Position numbers and translations under genes: made by a program. The notes beneath the pieces are model-generated. The model worked only from the letters and a program-made list of their open reading frames with translations, made no database searches and was not told where the DNA came from. This document shows positions 12,724 through 24,855 of a stretch of 64,000 bases of DNA, in pieces. The stretch's first letter is position 1; each line of letters opens with the position of its first letter. Source of the DNA: Trueperaceae bacterium (lineage in GTDB: Bacteria > Deinococcota > Deinococci > Deinococcales > Trueperaceae); NCBI GenBank assembly GCA_034521815.1, contig JAXHLW010000013.1, forward strand, positions 1,184,001 through 1,248,000, written 5' to 3'.

Positions 12724-13919
12724 CACCCGTGCGGCCGCTCCTTCGCGGCGACGTCGACGACTATCTCCGGCTCAGACGCGCGTCGTTCGGCCTTCCTCGC
12801 GATCTGGTCGACGCCGAGGCGCGAGCGATCCTGACCTCGCGACTGCCGTACAGCCGCGGCGTGGACCACGGCGGCCAGCTCGTGGCGGCGTGCACCTGGT
12901 TCCCCTTCCCGGCCTGGATCGGAGGCGTGCGCGTCACCACCGGCGCGTTGGCGGCCGTGGTGTCGGCGCCCGAGTCGCGCCGCCGCGGCAACGTTCGGGA
13001 GCTGGTCCTGGACGGCTTGCGCGAGCTTCACGAAGCGGGCGTCGGCTGGTCGATCGAGTACCCGTTCGATCCCGCCTTCTACGCCAGACTGGGCTATCGA
13101 TCGTTTCCGAACGGCGTCGTGCTGGACCTGCCGATCGACCGACTCCCCGGCGACGTTCGCGACACGACGTTCGCGCCGGTGCCCGATCTCGACCCGGAGC
13201 TGCGCCGGATACGGACCGTGTTCGCTGCGGCGCACGGCTTCGGACTGGACCGCGACGAGCCGGGACCCGAGCCCGGAGAGGCCACCACGCTGCGCTGGCG
13301 CCGCATCTTCGAGGCGCCGACCGACGACGCCACGCCCGCGACGGCGTACCGGACGGAGGGTGGCTACGCGATCGTCGCGACCGAGGGGTTCGGTCCCGAC
13401 GGCGTGCTGCACGTGGTGGACGCGGCGTGGACGGACGGTGCCGCCCGCCGGCGGGTGTTGGCGATGTTGCGGGCGTGGCGGGGTCAGGTGGGGACGGTCC
13501 GCCTGGACCTGCCCCCGTACGACCCGCTGGCCCTGTCCGAAGCGCCCCGTCACGCTCGCGAGCGGACGGTGCTCCAGGGACGCATCGTCGACGTCGCCTC
13601 TGCGCTGGCCCCGCTACGGCCGGCGCGACCTCCGGGACGCGCCTCGGTGAGCTTCGAGCTGCACGATCCGCACTGTCCTTGGAACGAGGGCCGCTGGCGC
13701 GCCGAGCTGCACGCGGACGGCTGCGTCGTCGAGCGCCACGCCCGAGGAGACGCCGACGTGAGGCTGGCGGCGGATGCGCTGGCCGCCGTGCTCGCCGGCG
13801 TGCCACCGTCCGCGCTCCTGGCCACGGGCGAGGTGGAGGGCGACCTGGGCGCGCTGCACGCGTTGGCGGCGACGACGGCGGATCATCCGCCGTTCCAGGG
13901 GGTCGTGGACCACTTCTGA
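12720..13919 (+). CDS. Eis-like GNAT acetyltransferase (tandem GNAT + SCP2-like C-terminus)
   Basis: V.SAPESRRRG acetyl-CoA motif, YPFDPAFYARLGY, RIVDVASAL, D..CPWNEG, terminal DHF; ATGA overlap with the Lrp gene. Confidence 0.85.
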   Translation: MTPVRPLLRGDVDDYLRLRRASFGLPRDLVDAEARAILTSRLPYSRGVDHGGQLVAACTWFPFPAWIGGVRVTTGALAAVVSAPESRRRGNVRELVLDGLRELHEAGVGWSIEYPFDPAFYARLGYRSFPNGVVLDLPIDRLPGDVRDTTFAPVPDLDPELRRIRTVFAAAHGFGLDRDEPGPEPGEATTLRWRRIFEAPTDDATPATAYRTEGGYAIVATEGFGPDGVLHVVDAAWTDGAARRRVLAMLRAWRGQVGTVRLDLPPYDPLALSEAPRHARERTVLQGRIVDVASALAPLRPARPPGRASVSFELHDPHCPWNEGRWRAELHADGCVVERHARGDADVRLAADALAAVLAGVPPSALLATGEVEGDLGALHALAATTADHPPFQGVVDHF

Positions 13920-15466
13920 GGCGCGTCGTGGACGACCGCCTCACGGAACCAGTCCGGAAGCCGATCGTGCTCGCGGCGTAGGAACGCGGGAAAGTCGGCG
14001 TCCAGCAGGTACGTCACCGCGTGATCGTCGGCGCTGCGGACGGTCCGTCCGTACGCCTGCACGACCGTCAGGCAGGTACGCCAGGCGTACCAGGACGGGT
14101 CGCGGGCACGTCTGGCGGCGACCTGGGGATCGCCGAGAAACGGCCAGGGGATCTTGCAGATCGCCTGCCAACGCGCGGCGTCGTCGGCGAGGTCCACGCC
14201 CTCCGTCATGCTGGGGGTGAGCAGCACCGTCGGCGCCTCGTCGCTCAGATGGGCGACGAGGGCGGCGTCGCGCCCAGCGGCGTCGGCATGGCTGCGAATC
14301 CTGCCGCGAAGGTCCTCCGGCAGACCGGCCTCGATCGCGCGGGCGATCCGATACGAGTGCGCGTGCACGACCCCCTTCTCGTGGGGGTGAAGACGCATCA
14401 GCTCCGCGACGGCGTCGGTCAGCTTGGGCAGCTCGGCGGCGAGGTAGTGCCGCGTGAGACGTGCCGCGGGCCGAAGGTGGATCGGCCGCCGCTCGGGCGG
14501 GAAGGTCGACGGTGCGCGGATCAGCGCCACCTCGTCCGGCTCGAGCCCCAGCGCCGCGAGGTAGGTGGCGGGGTCGAGAATCGTGGCGGACATGAGCAGG
14601 ACGCGCTTGCCCAATCGAAAGAGCAACGGCTCGGCGAAGGCGGCGACGTCGACGGGCCGAATCGACAGGATGCGTCCTGCGGCGTCGCGTCCCTCCTCGA
14701 CCACCCATTCCGCGTCGCCTTCGTCCATGCTCTCCGCCAGGAGCGAGAGGCCGCTCAGCGCGCCGTCCAGCCAGCGTTTCACGCGTAGCGCCTGCATCGC
14801 CGCCGCCGAGGTGTCGGGCAGCGTCTCGATCCGGGCCGTGACGTCGCGCAGTCGGGCATGCAGCGCGGGCACCAGGTCCAGAACGCTCTCGATGAGCCCC
14901 CACGGCTCGCTCCCCTGCGGCAGACCGTGCTCCACGCCGGCCCGGGCGAGCTCGGCATCGGAGAGCCGAACCTCGACGTAGCGCATCAGCGCTCCTTCGA
15001 TCCCGTGGGCTTCATCGAGCACCAGCAGCTCGCGGGGGCCGAAGCCGCCCGCATGGTTCGTCTCGGCCAGGGCGTAGGCGTAGTTCATCACCGTCTGGTC
15101 GGCGGCCACCGCCACGTCCTTGGCGCGAAAGTAGGGACAGTCGTCGCACTGCGGGAAGGTCCGTCCCACCAGGCACGGCGCGGCGGCGGCATGGGTGTCG
15201 ACGACCAGACAGTCGTAGTTCGAGCGGCCCTTCATCAGCGCCACGTCCGGGAAGTCGCGCAGGTACTGGTCCTGGAGGAGCTTCTGCGCTGTGAGCAGGT
15301 AGGCGCTGGCCGCCTCTCGGGCGAGAGCCACCGCGATCGCCGACTTTCCCGACCCGGTGGGCGCCTCGAGCACCACGAAGCGATGGCCCGCCTCGAACGC
15401 GTCCCGAACGGCCTCGAGCGCTTCGCGCTGACCACTGCGGAAGCGCGCGAACGGAAATGATGGCAC
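13883..15466 (-). CDS. DinG/Rad3-like ATP-dependent helicase with putative Fe-S cluster
   Basis: Walker A EAPTGSGKS, KGRSNYDC...PC...CDDCPY Cys cluster, LDEAH, MSAT, EGVDL, QAYGRTVRS; GTG start 5 nt after TAGCGT. Confidence 0.88.
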   Translation of the reverse strand: MPSFPFARFRSGQREALEAVRDAFEAGHRFVVLEAPTGSGKSAIAVALAREAASAYLLTAQKLLQDQYLRDFPDVALMKGRSNYDCLVVDTHAAAAPCLVGRTFPQCDDCPYFRAKDVAVAADQTVMNYAYALAETNHAGGFGPRELLVLDEAHGIEGALMRYVEVRLSDAELARAGVEHGLPQGSEPWGLIESVLDLVPALHARLRDVTARIETLPDTSAAAMQALRVKRWLDGALSGLSLLAESMDEGDAEWVVEEGRDAAGRILSIRPVDVAAFAEPLLFRLGKRVLLMSATILDPATYLAALGLEPDEVALIRAPSTFPPERRPIHLRPAARLTRHYLAAELPKLTDAVAELMRLHPHEKGVVHAHSYRIARAIEAGLPEDLRGRIRSHADAAGRDAALVAHLSDEAPTVLLTPSMTEGVDLADDAARWQAICKIPWPFLGDPQVAARRARDPSWYAWRTCLTVVQAYGRTVRSADDHAVTYLLDADFPAFLRREHDRLPDWFREAVVHDAPQKWSTTPWNGG

Positions 15467-15539
15467 GGCGCACGCTATCACGGCGGTCCGCTCGCGGCCG
15501 AACGAGAAGACGGACCGGCGCGAGCGCCGATCCGTGATC

Positions 15540-15627
15540 TGGTGCCGAGGATGGGACTCGAACCCACACGACCTAAGCGGTCACTAGCCCCTCAAGCTAG
15601 CGCGTCTACCAATTCCGCCACCTCGGC
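15540..15627 (-). tRNA. tRNA-Leu(GAG)
   Basis: Reverse complement GCCGAGGTGGCGGAATTGGTAGACGCG...CTAGC-TTGAGGG-GCTAG, long variable arm, GGTTCGAGTCC, encoded CCA. Confidence 0.97.
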
Positions 15628-15650
15628 GTGTCTTTCGGGACGCGAACGAA

Positions 15651-15679
15651 AGCGTACCGCCGGCCCGAGGGGGTGTCAA
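15651..15679 (-). promoter_or_regulatory. Sigma70-type promoter for tRNA-Leu
   Basis: TTGACA-17 nt-TACGCT on the minus strand just upstream of the tRNA. Confidence 0.8.
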
Positions 15680-15711
15680 GACGAGTGCCCGCCTCGGGTA
15701 TCCTCGCAGCC

Positions 15712-16449
15712 ATGCCGACCGCCCGCCGCGCCGCCCGCGTGTTCGAGGTCCTCGCTCGCCGGCAGCCCGACCTGACGGTGCTGGCCGAGGACGTCTACAA
15801 GCCGCACAACCTGTCCGCCATGATCCGATCGTGCGACGCGGTCGGGATCGGCGCGGTGCACGCCGTCCGGCCGACGGGCGGCGTCCCGACCTACGGCGCG
15901 ACCAGCGCGTCGGCCGAGAAGTGGGTCGACGTCGTCGTCCATACCGCGGTCGACCGTGCGATCGACGAGCTGAAGGCGGACGGCATGCAGGTCCTCGCGG
16001 CCCACTTCTCCGCGCACGCGGTGGACTATCGAGACGTCGACTACGTCCGTCCCACCGCGATCCTGTTCGGAAACGAGCGCTCCGGGGTCTCCGGGCGCGC
16101 CGCCGCGCGGGCCGACGCGCACGTCGTGATTCCGATGCTGGGCATGGTCGAGTCGCTCAACGTGTCCGTCGCCACCGCCGTGATCCTGTTCGAGGCCCAG
16201 CGACAGCGGCGCGAGGCGGGGCGGTACCTCCGCCCCGCCCTGCCGGCTCGGGTTCGCAACGACGCGGCGTTCAGGTGGCTGTACCCGGCTCGCGCCGAAC
16301 AGCTCGACGCGGCGTTCGCCCCGATCCCATGGCTGGACGCGGACGGCGATCCGTGGCCCGCCGACGCCGACGGGCCTCCCCCCTGGGCACTCGAGGACGA
16401 GCCGTGGATCACGGACGAGCCCGGCGAGACACGCCACACTGACGTATGA
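15712..16449 (+). CDS. trmH: tRNA (guanosine(18)-2'-O)-methyltransferase
   Basis: RRQPDLTVL.EDVYKPHNLSAMIRSCDAVG and IPMLGMVESLNVSVA.AVILFEAQRQR, closely resembling Thermus TrmH. Confidence 0.93.
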   Translation: MPTARRAARVFEVLARRQPDLTVLAEDVYKPHNLSAMIRSCDAVGIGAVHAVRPTGGVPTYGATSASAEKWVDVVVHTAVDRAIDELKADGMQVLAAHFSAHAVDYRDVDYVRPTAILFGNERSGVSGRAAARADAHVVIPMLGMVESLNVSVATAVILFEAQRQRREAGRYLRPALPARVRNDAAFRWLYPARAEQLDAAFAPIPWLDADGDPWPADADGPPPWALEDEPWITDEPGETRHTDV

Positions 16450-17618
16450 CCACACAGCGCACCGTCCGCACCGTCCGCACCGATCGGTCGCGTCGCCTGC
16501 TCGGCGCGCTCGTCGTCTCCCTCGCCCTGACGCTGCCGACGGTGGCCGCCGCTCAATCCGCAGCGACGATCGGGTTCGAGACCGTCGCGTCCGGCTTCGA
16601 ACGGCCGCTGGGCGTGGTCGGGAACGGCGAGCTCCTCTACGTGCTGGAGCAGACCGGCAAGGTCCGAATCGTCGACGGCGGCGAGGTACGAGCCGAGCCG
16701 TTCCTCGACCTGTCGGGTCGGGTCTCGACCGGTGGCGAACGCGGCCTGCTGGGCCTCGCCCTCGGTCCGGTACCGGTCGGACCGGACGGTCCCGAGGAGG
16801 CGTTCGTCCACTACACCGACGAGGCGGGCGATACCGTCCTGACGCGCATGCCCATCCGCGAAGGACGCGCGGTCTTAGGCGCCGAGACCGTGATGCTTCG
16901 TCAGCCGCAGCCGTACGGGAACCACAACGGCGGTCAGCTGGCGTTCGGGCCGGACGGCATGCTCTACCTCGGCCTGGGCGACGGGGGGTCGGGCGGCGAT
17001 CCGCTGCGCGCCGGACAGGACCCGGACACGCTCCTCGGCAAGCTGCTGCGGCTGGACGTGAGCGGTGATCCGTACGCGATCCCCCACGACAACCCGTTCG
17101 CGGACGGCGGCGGCCAACCCGAGGTCTGGGCGCTGGGCCTCCGCAATCCGTGGCGGTTCTCGTTCGACGCGGCGACCGGCGATCTCTGGATCGCCGACGT
17201 GGGGCAGAACACCACCGAAGAGGTGGACCGGCTTCCCGCCGGCGCCGAGGGAGGCGCGAACTTCGGCTGGAGCGTGCTCGAGGGCGACCGCTGCTTCCGT
17301 CAGGACGAGTGCGACCGCTCCGGCACGGTTCCGCCCGTCGCCGTGTACGACCACGGCGACGGGCTGGGCCGCTCGGTGACCGGAGGTCACGTCTACCGGG
17401 GAACGGCGCTTCCCGCCCTGCAAGGGGCGTACGTGTTCGGCGACTTCGTGGGCGGCACCGTCATGGTCGTACGGCCGCTCGGCGGAGCCGGGCAGCCCGT
17501 CGCGCCCACGCTCCTGGCCCGGCCCGGCTTTCCGGTAGCCAGTTTCGGGCTCGACGCCGACGACGAGCTTCTGGTCGTCGACTACGGCGGCCGCCTGCTG
17601 CGCATGGTGGCTCCCTGA
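16446..17618 (+). CDS. PQQ-dependent glucose/sorbosone dehydrogenase family protein (secreted)
   Basis: Signal peptide; GERGLLGLA, NHNGGQLAFGPDGMLY, GLRNPWRFSFD, NFGW, SVTGG. Confidence 0.9.
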   Translation: MTTQRTVRTVRTDRSRRLLGALVVSLALTLPTVAAAQSAATIGFETVASGFERPLGVVGNGELLYVLEQTGKVRIVDGGEVRAEPFLDLSGRVSTGGERGLLGLALGPVPVGPDGPEEAFVHYTDEAGDTVLTRMPIREGRAVLGAETVMLRQPQPYGNHNGGQLAFGPDGMLYLGLGDGGSGGDPLRAGQDPDTLLGKLLRLDVSGDPYAIPHDNPFADGGGQPEVWALGLRNPWRFSFDAATGDLWIADVGQNTTEEVDRLPAGAEGGANFGWSVLEGDRCFRQDECDRSGTVPPVAVYDHGDGLGRSVTGGHVYRGTALPALQGAYVFGDFVGGTVMVVRPLGGAGQPVAPTLLARPGFPVASFGLDADDELLVVDYGGRLLRMVAP

Positions 17619-17634
17619 GCCCGCCGGCCGCTGA

Positions 17635-19355
<1,721 letters not shown>

Positions 19356-19375
19356 GAACACGACGAATCGTCGAC

Positions 19376-19906
19376 TCAGGCTTCGTCCTGCTGAGCCAGG
19401 TACGCCTCGCGCGCCTCGAGGATCATCGCGTGGGTCTCCTCCATCCCGTGCCAACCCTCGACCTGGACCTTCTTGCCCTCGAGCTCCTTGTAGATGTCGA
19501 AGAAGTGCTCGATCTCGTTCAGGCGGTGCGGACTGACCGACGAGATGTGTCGGTTGCTTTCGTAGCGCGGATCGTCGACCGGCACGGCGAGCACCTTCTG
19601 GTCGCGTCCCTTCTCGTCCGACATCTCGAGGAAGGCGAGCGGCCTGGCGCGGAGCACGATCCCGGGGTAGGTCGGGTAGTTCGTGAGCACCAGCACGTCC
19701 ACCGGGTCGCCGTCCTCGGCCAAGGTACCGGGCAGGAAGCCGTAGTCGCCCGGATAGTGCATCGCGCTGTACAGCACCCGGTCCAGGACGAACAGCTCAC
19801 GCTCGGGATCGTACTCGATCTTGTTGGTACTGTTCCGCGGCACCTCGATCACGCAGGTCACCGTTTCCGGCGCGTCGGCGCCGAGGTCGAGATGGTAGAG
19901 GTTCAT
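19376..19906 (-). CDS. ppa: Inorganic pyrophosphatase (family I)
   Basis: IEVP..STNKIEYD, LDRVLY, YG.LP.TL.EDGDPVDVLV, IEHFF..YKELEG; GGAG RBS. Confidence 0.95.
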   Translation of the reverse strand: MNLYHLDLGADAPETVTCVIEVPRNSTNKIEYDPERELFVLDRVLYSAMHYPGDYGFLPGTLAEDGDPVDVLVLTNYPTYPGIVLRARPLAFLEMSDEKGRDQKVLAVPVDDPRYESNRHISSVSPHRLNEIEHFFDIYKELEGKKVQVEGWHGMEETHAMILEAREAYLAQQDEA

Positions 19907-19984
19907 CGTGTGCGTCTCCATTCCGGGCCTGTCGAGCCGCTGGGCGTGACCCGGACGGCAGGCTACCGCCGAGAGGGCATCCGG

Positions 19985-20593
19985 TCAATTCACGGGCCGC
20001 TCGGAGTCGTGCTTCGGGCCTGACGACCGCGCGCAGCGGTCCAGGAACAGCGCGTGCATCCGGTCGTCGCCGGACAGCTCGGGATGGAACACGGTGGCCA
20101 TCACCCGGCCGTGCGCCACCGCGACCGGCTCTCCGGCGTGACGCGCCAGCACCTCGACGTCGTCGTCCACGGCGACGATTCGAGGAGCGCGGATGAACAC
20201 CGCGCGGAAGGAACGGTCCAGACCCGTGACGCCCAAGTCGGCTTCGAACGATGCGATCTGCCGGCCGTACGCGTTCCTGGCGACCTCGATCGGCAGGAGT
20301 CCGAGACGAGGCTGCTCCGGGCGTCCCACGATGTCGCGAGCCACGAGGATCGCGCCGGCGCACGTTCCCCAGACGGCGCCTCCTTCGTCGTGAAACGCTG
20401 CGATCGCCCGGTCCAGTCCGTACGCCAGCATCAGCTTCGCCATGGTGGTGGACTCGCCACCCGGCACGACCAGCGCCCCGACGCCGTCGAGATGCGCAGG
20501 AAGCCTCACCTCGCGCACCTGGGTTCCCAGCCGCTCGAACGCACGCCGGTGCTCACGGAACGCGCCTTGCAACGCGAGGATGCCGACGATCAT
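19985..20593 (-). CDS. pdxT: PLP synthase glutaminase subunit
   Basis: GILALQGAFREH, PGGESTT, GTCAG, RNAYGRQ, VFIRAP, FHPEL. Confidence 0.95.
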   Translation of the reverse strand: MIVGILALQGAFREHRRAFERLGTQVREVRLPAHLDGVGALVVPGGESTTMAKLMLAYGLDRAIAAFHDEGGAVWGTCAGAILVARDIVGRPEQPRLGLLPIEVARNAYGRQIASFEADLGVTGLDRSFRAVFIRAPRIVAVDDDVEVLARHAGEPVAVAHGRVMATVFHPELSGDDRMHALFLDRCARSSGPKHDSERPVN

Positions 20594-21552
20594 GCCCGCC
20601 CTTCCGCGCCCGCACGCGCACCGGCACGTGCACCCGCTCGTGCACCCGCTCGTGCACCCTGCAGCAACGCCGCGGCGACGACCTCCTGCACCGCCGACCC
20701 CAGCAACGCGGCCGGGATCGGCTCGGCGTCGCCGGCGGACAGCACGAAGACCGCATCGCCGTCGTGCGCCGTGTGCGACGGGCGGGTGACGCGCGCGATG
20801 CCGGCGTGACCCGCGACGGCCAGCGCGCGGCAACCCGCCTTGTCGAGCGTGGCGTCGGTGGCGACGACCACCAGGCTCGTGTTCGTGCCCTGGAACGAGA
20901 ACAGCTCGGCCGCCTCCGCCGCCGTGACCTCCTCGCCCGCGACCGCGCGTCCGGTCGAGGGGTCCACCAGACAGCCGACGGCGTTGCTGACCGCGAGCGC
21001 GGCGACGGTGGCGTTCCCGATCCGCATCGATACGCTTCCGACGCCGGAGACGACGGCCCGGTCGAACCCGCGCATCTTGCCGACGGTCGCCCCCGTCCCG
21101 ACGCCCACGGCTCCGCACGCGACGGGGCCGTCGTTCGCGTCCTGGGCGGCGGCGGCGCCGGCCTCGGCGTCGGGGCGCACGTCCGAACGCCCGACCCCGA
21201 GGTCGTACAGGACGGCGGCGGGAACGATCGGCACCCGGGCGAACGGCGTCTCGAGCCCGACGTTTCGCTGCTCCAGCCAGCGGACCACGCCCGACGCGGC
21301 GTCCAAGCCGAACGCGCTACCGCCCGTCAGGACGATCGCGTGGGCCTGGCGAACGGACTTGTCCGGCTCGAGCAGCGCCGTCTCGCGCGTTCCGGGGGCC
21401 GCACCGAGCACCAGCCCCGACACCGTCCAGCCGGCGTCGGGCGTGAGCACGACCGTGCACCCCGTCCGCGCGTCGACGTCCGTCCAGTGGCCCACCCGCA
21501 GACCCGAGACCGCGGTGAGTCCACGGTCCACGCCCGGGGCCGCCGAGCTCAT
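20590..21552 (-). CDS. P1 family (DmpA/S58-like) aminopeptidase
   Basis: GLRVGH, TGCTVVL, GAAPGTRET, LTGGSAFGL, VPIVPAAVLYDL, NTSLVVVATDA, HTAHDGD. Confidence 0.88.
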   Translation of the reverse strand: MSSAAPGVDRGLTAVSGLRVGHWTDVDARTGCTVVLTPDAGWTVSGLVLGAAPGTRETALLEPDKSVRQAHAIVLTGGSAFGLDAASGVVRWLEQRNVGLETPFARVPIVPAAVLYDLGVGRSDVRPDAEAGAAAAQDANDGPVACGAVGVGTGATVGKMRGFDRAVVSGVGSVSMRIGNATVAALAVSNAVGCLVDPSTGRAVAGEEVTAAEAAELFSFQGTNTSLVVVATDATLDKAGCRALAVAGHAGIARVTRPSHTAHDGDAVFVLSAGDAEPIPAALLGSAVQEVVAAALLQGARAGARAGARAGARAGAEGRA

Positions 21553-23747
21553 GGCTGTTCGACGGGCGCTTGGTAGCGCGCGATCTCCGAGGGGCCGACG
21601 CGGACGATCTCGATGCGTTCGAGCGGCGTCTCCGCCGTGGCCTGCAGACCGGTCGCCGTGTCGATGGGCAGCTCGATCTCGAGCGCCGAGGCGAAGCCGC
21701 GATCGGGAAGCTCGGTGCCGACGGGGAACGCGCCCAGCGTGCCGCTCGGATCGGCCGCACCGGTGGCCCGGTCGAAGCGGAGAAACTCGATGCCCTCGGG
21801 AACGGGGAACCCGTCGGGCGAGGCCGGTCGGCCGCGCAGCGCAGCCTCGACGAACGCCTTCCAGACGTAGATCGGCTGCCGCGACGAGTTCACGAGATCG
21901 GTGCTGCCGTCGGCCAGCGTCATCGTCCGCGGAAGCGAGCGCCCCTGGTCGTAGCCGATCCATACCGCCGCGGTGATCTCGGGCGTCGTCCCGACGAACC
22001 AGATGTCCTTCTCGTCGTTCGTCGTGCCGGTCTTCCCCGCCACCCAGCGACCGTCGATGTCCGCTCGCCAGCTGAACGCGGTCGGCCCGCGGTCGGTCAC
22101 GTTGCCGTGCAGCAGGTCCAGGACCATGTAGGCGGTCTGCTCGGTCCAGACCTGGCTGCGCCTGGGCCTGGCCTCGTACAGCACGTTTCCTTCGGCGTCT
22201 TCGATGCGCGAGACGAAGTGCGGCTCGATCTGCACCCCCTCGTTCGCGAACGCGGTGAAGGCGCTGGCGTGCTGCAAGGGCGTCACCTCGAACGAGCCGA
22301 GCGCCAGCGAGTAGTACGGCTCGACGTCGTAGCCCAGCTCGCGCGCCCGCTCGGCGACGGCTTCGGGCGACGCGGCCTCGAGCGCCTTGACGGCGGGGAT
22401 GTTCCGCGACAGGTTCAGGTGCGCGCGGACGGTGGCGGCTCCGACGAAGGTCTCGTCGTGGTTGCCGGGCGCGTACGGCTGCTGGCCCCGCTGCTGAAAC
22501 TCGGTCTCCTCGTCCACCAGCACGGTCGCCTGCGTGAAGCCGGCCTCTTCGATCGCCGTGGCGTACGCGATCGGCTTGAACGAGCTGCCGGGCTGCCGCA
22601 GCGCCTGCGTGACGCGGTTGAACTCGCCCTCGCGAATCCCGGGCTGCAGCTTCTCGCCCACCATGGCCAATACGGCGCCGGTCTCGGGATCCAAGCCGAC
22701 GATCGCGAGCTGTGCGCCATCGGGAATCTCGGCGTCCAGCGACGCCTGGTTCGCGGCGGCCTGGGCCTGGACGTCGATCGTCGTCGTGACGCGGAGGCCT
22801 CCCCGGCCGAACACCGCCGCCTCGCCGAAGCGGTCGATCAGCCAGTTGCGGACGGCCACGACCACGTGCCAGTTCAGCTCGGAGCTGATCGATTCCTGAA
22901 CGACGACGCTCTCGCCGGTCGGCTCGGCGGACACGAGACCGCCCGCGCCATCGTAGGCGACGTTCCAGCCCCGCGGCTCGAGCGGATAGCGCCAGGCCCG
23001 CTCGGCCGCCTCTTCGCTGACGGTTCCCTGCCGAACCATCTTGTCCAGCACGTTGCGCATCGACGCCCGGGTCGTGGCGAAGTCGTCGTGGCGGGCGTTG
23101 GGCGCTGGGATCAGGCGGGCCAGGTAGAGTCCCTCGGCGAGGTTCAGCTCGATCGGATCCTTGCCGAAGTAGGTCTGCGCCGCGGCGCGGATGCCGTACA
23201 CGTTCCCGCCCCAGAACACCACGTTCACGTAGCGCTGAAGGATCTCGGCCTTCGTCAAACGGCGCTCGAGCTCGATCGCCAGCAACAGCTCCTTGGCCTT
23301 GCGCTCCAGCGAGCGCTCGTCGCGGATGTGCGACAGAACGGTGTTCTTGATGACCTGGGTGGTGATCGACGATCCGCCGCGCTCGCCACTGCCGAAGAAC
23401 TCCTCGTAGAACGCGCGGCCGATGGCGGGGAGATCGAAGCCGAAGTGCTCGAAGTAGCGATCGTCCTCGTACGCGACGATCGCCTGCAAGGCGGCCGGGC
23501 TGATCTCGTCCAGACCGACCGGAATCCGATTCGTCGACGCGCGGTCCTCGCCGGTGACGGGAACGATCAGACCGATCCGGCTACCGTCGCGCGCGTACAC
23601 CTCGCTGGTCGCGGTGAACTCGAGCGCCAGCACGGGCGCGAGATCGGGCAGCTCCTGCGACCACTCGAGCGCCGCGACGGCGAACCACGACCCGAGCGAG
23701 AGGACCGCGGCGAGCACCAGCAGGAACGATCCCTGGACGATCTTCAC
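21549..23747 (-). CDS. Class A penicillin-binding protein (transglycosylase/transpeptidase)
   Basis: EDDRYFEH.G.D, GGSSITTQVIKN, RKAKE; SxxK (PGSSFK), SxN (SRN) and KTG (GKTGT) motifs. Confidence 0.95.
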   Translation of the reverse strand: MKIVQGSFLLVLAAVLSLGSWFAVAALEWSQELPDLAPVLALEFTATSEVYARDGSRIGLIVPVTGEDRASTNRIPVGLDEISPAALQAIVAYEDDRYFEHFGFDLPAIGRAFYEEFFGSGERGGSSITTQVIKNTVLSHIRDERSLERKAKELLLAIELERRLTKAEILQRYVNVVFWGGNVYGIRAAAQTYFGKDPIELNLAEGLYLARLIPAPNARHDDFATTRASMRNVLDKMVRQGTVSEEAAERAWRYPLEPRGWNVAYDGAGGLVSAEPTGESVVVQESISSELNWHVVVAVRNWLIDRFGEAAVFGRGGLRVTTTIDVQAQAAANQASLDAEIPDGAQLAIVGLDPETGAVLAMVGEKLQPGIREGEFNRVTQALRQPGSSFKPIAYATAIEEAGFTQATVLVDEETEFQQRGQQPYAPGNHDETFVGAATVRAHLNLSRNIPAVKALEAASPEAVAERARELGYDVEPYYSLALGSFEVTPLQHASAFTAFANEGVQIEPHFVSRIEDAEGNVLYEARPRRSQVWTEQTAYMVLDLLHGNVTDRGPTAFSWRADIDGRWVAGKTGTTNDEKDIWFVGTTPEITAAVWIGYDQGRSLPRTMTLADGSTDLVNSSRQPIYVWKAFVEAALRGRPASPDGFPVPEGIEFLRFDRATGAADPSGTLGAFPVGTELPDRGFASALEIELPIDTATGLQATAETPLERIEIVRVGPSEIARYQAPVEQP

Positions 23748-23802
23748 GGCGGCTACTGTACCAGCAGCATGCGTGTACCCGGCCGGGTCAGGCGGCGATC
23801 GG

Positions 23803-24744
<942 letters not shown>

Positions 24745-24855
24745 GGATACAGCCTCCCGGTTCGTGCTCGCTCTTCCATCATGCCGCTCCTGACCGCCCG
24801 CGTGCACCCTCGCAAGACACGAAGACGGGCCGGACCGGCCGTGCGCGCGTCGCGA

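Noticed and set aside
13883-15466. Helicase as CasDinG of a type IV CRISPR system or part of a defence island
   Set aside because: No csf/cas genes, array or other defence genes adjacent; neighbours are housekeeping
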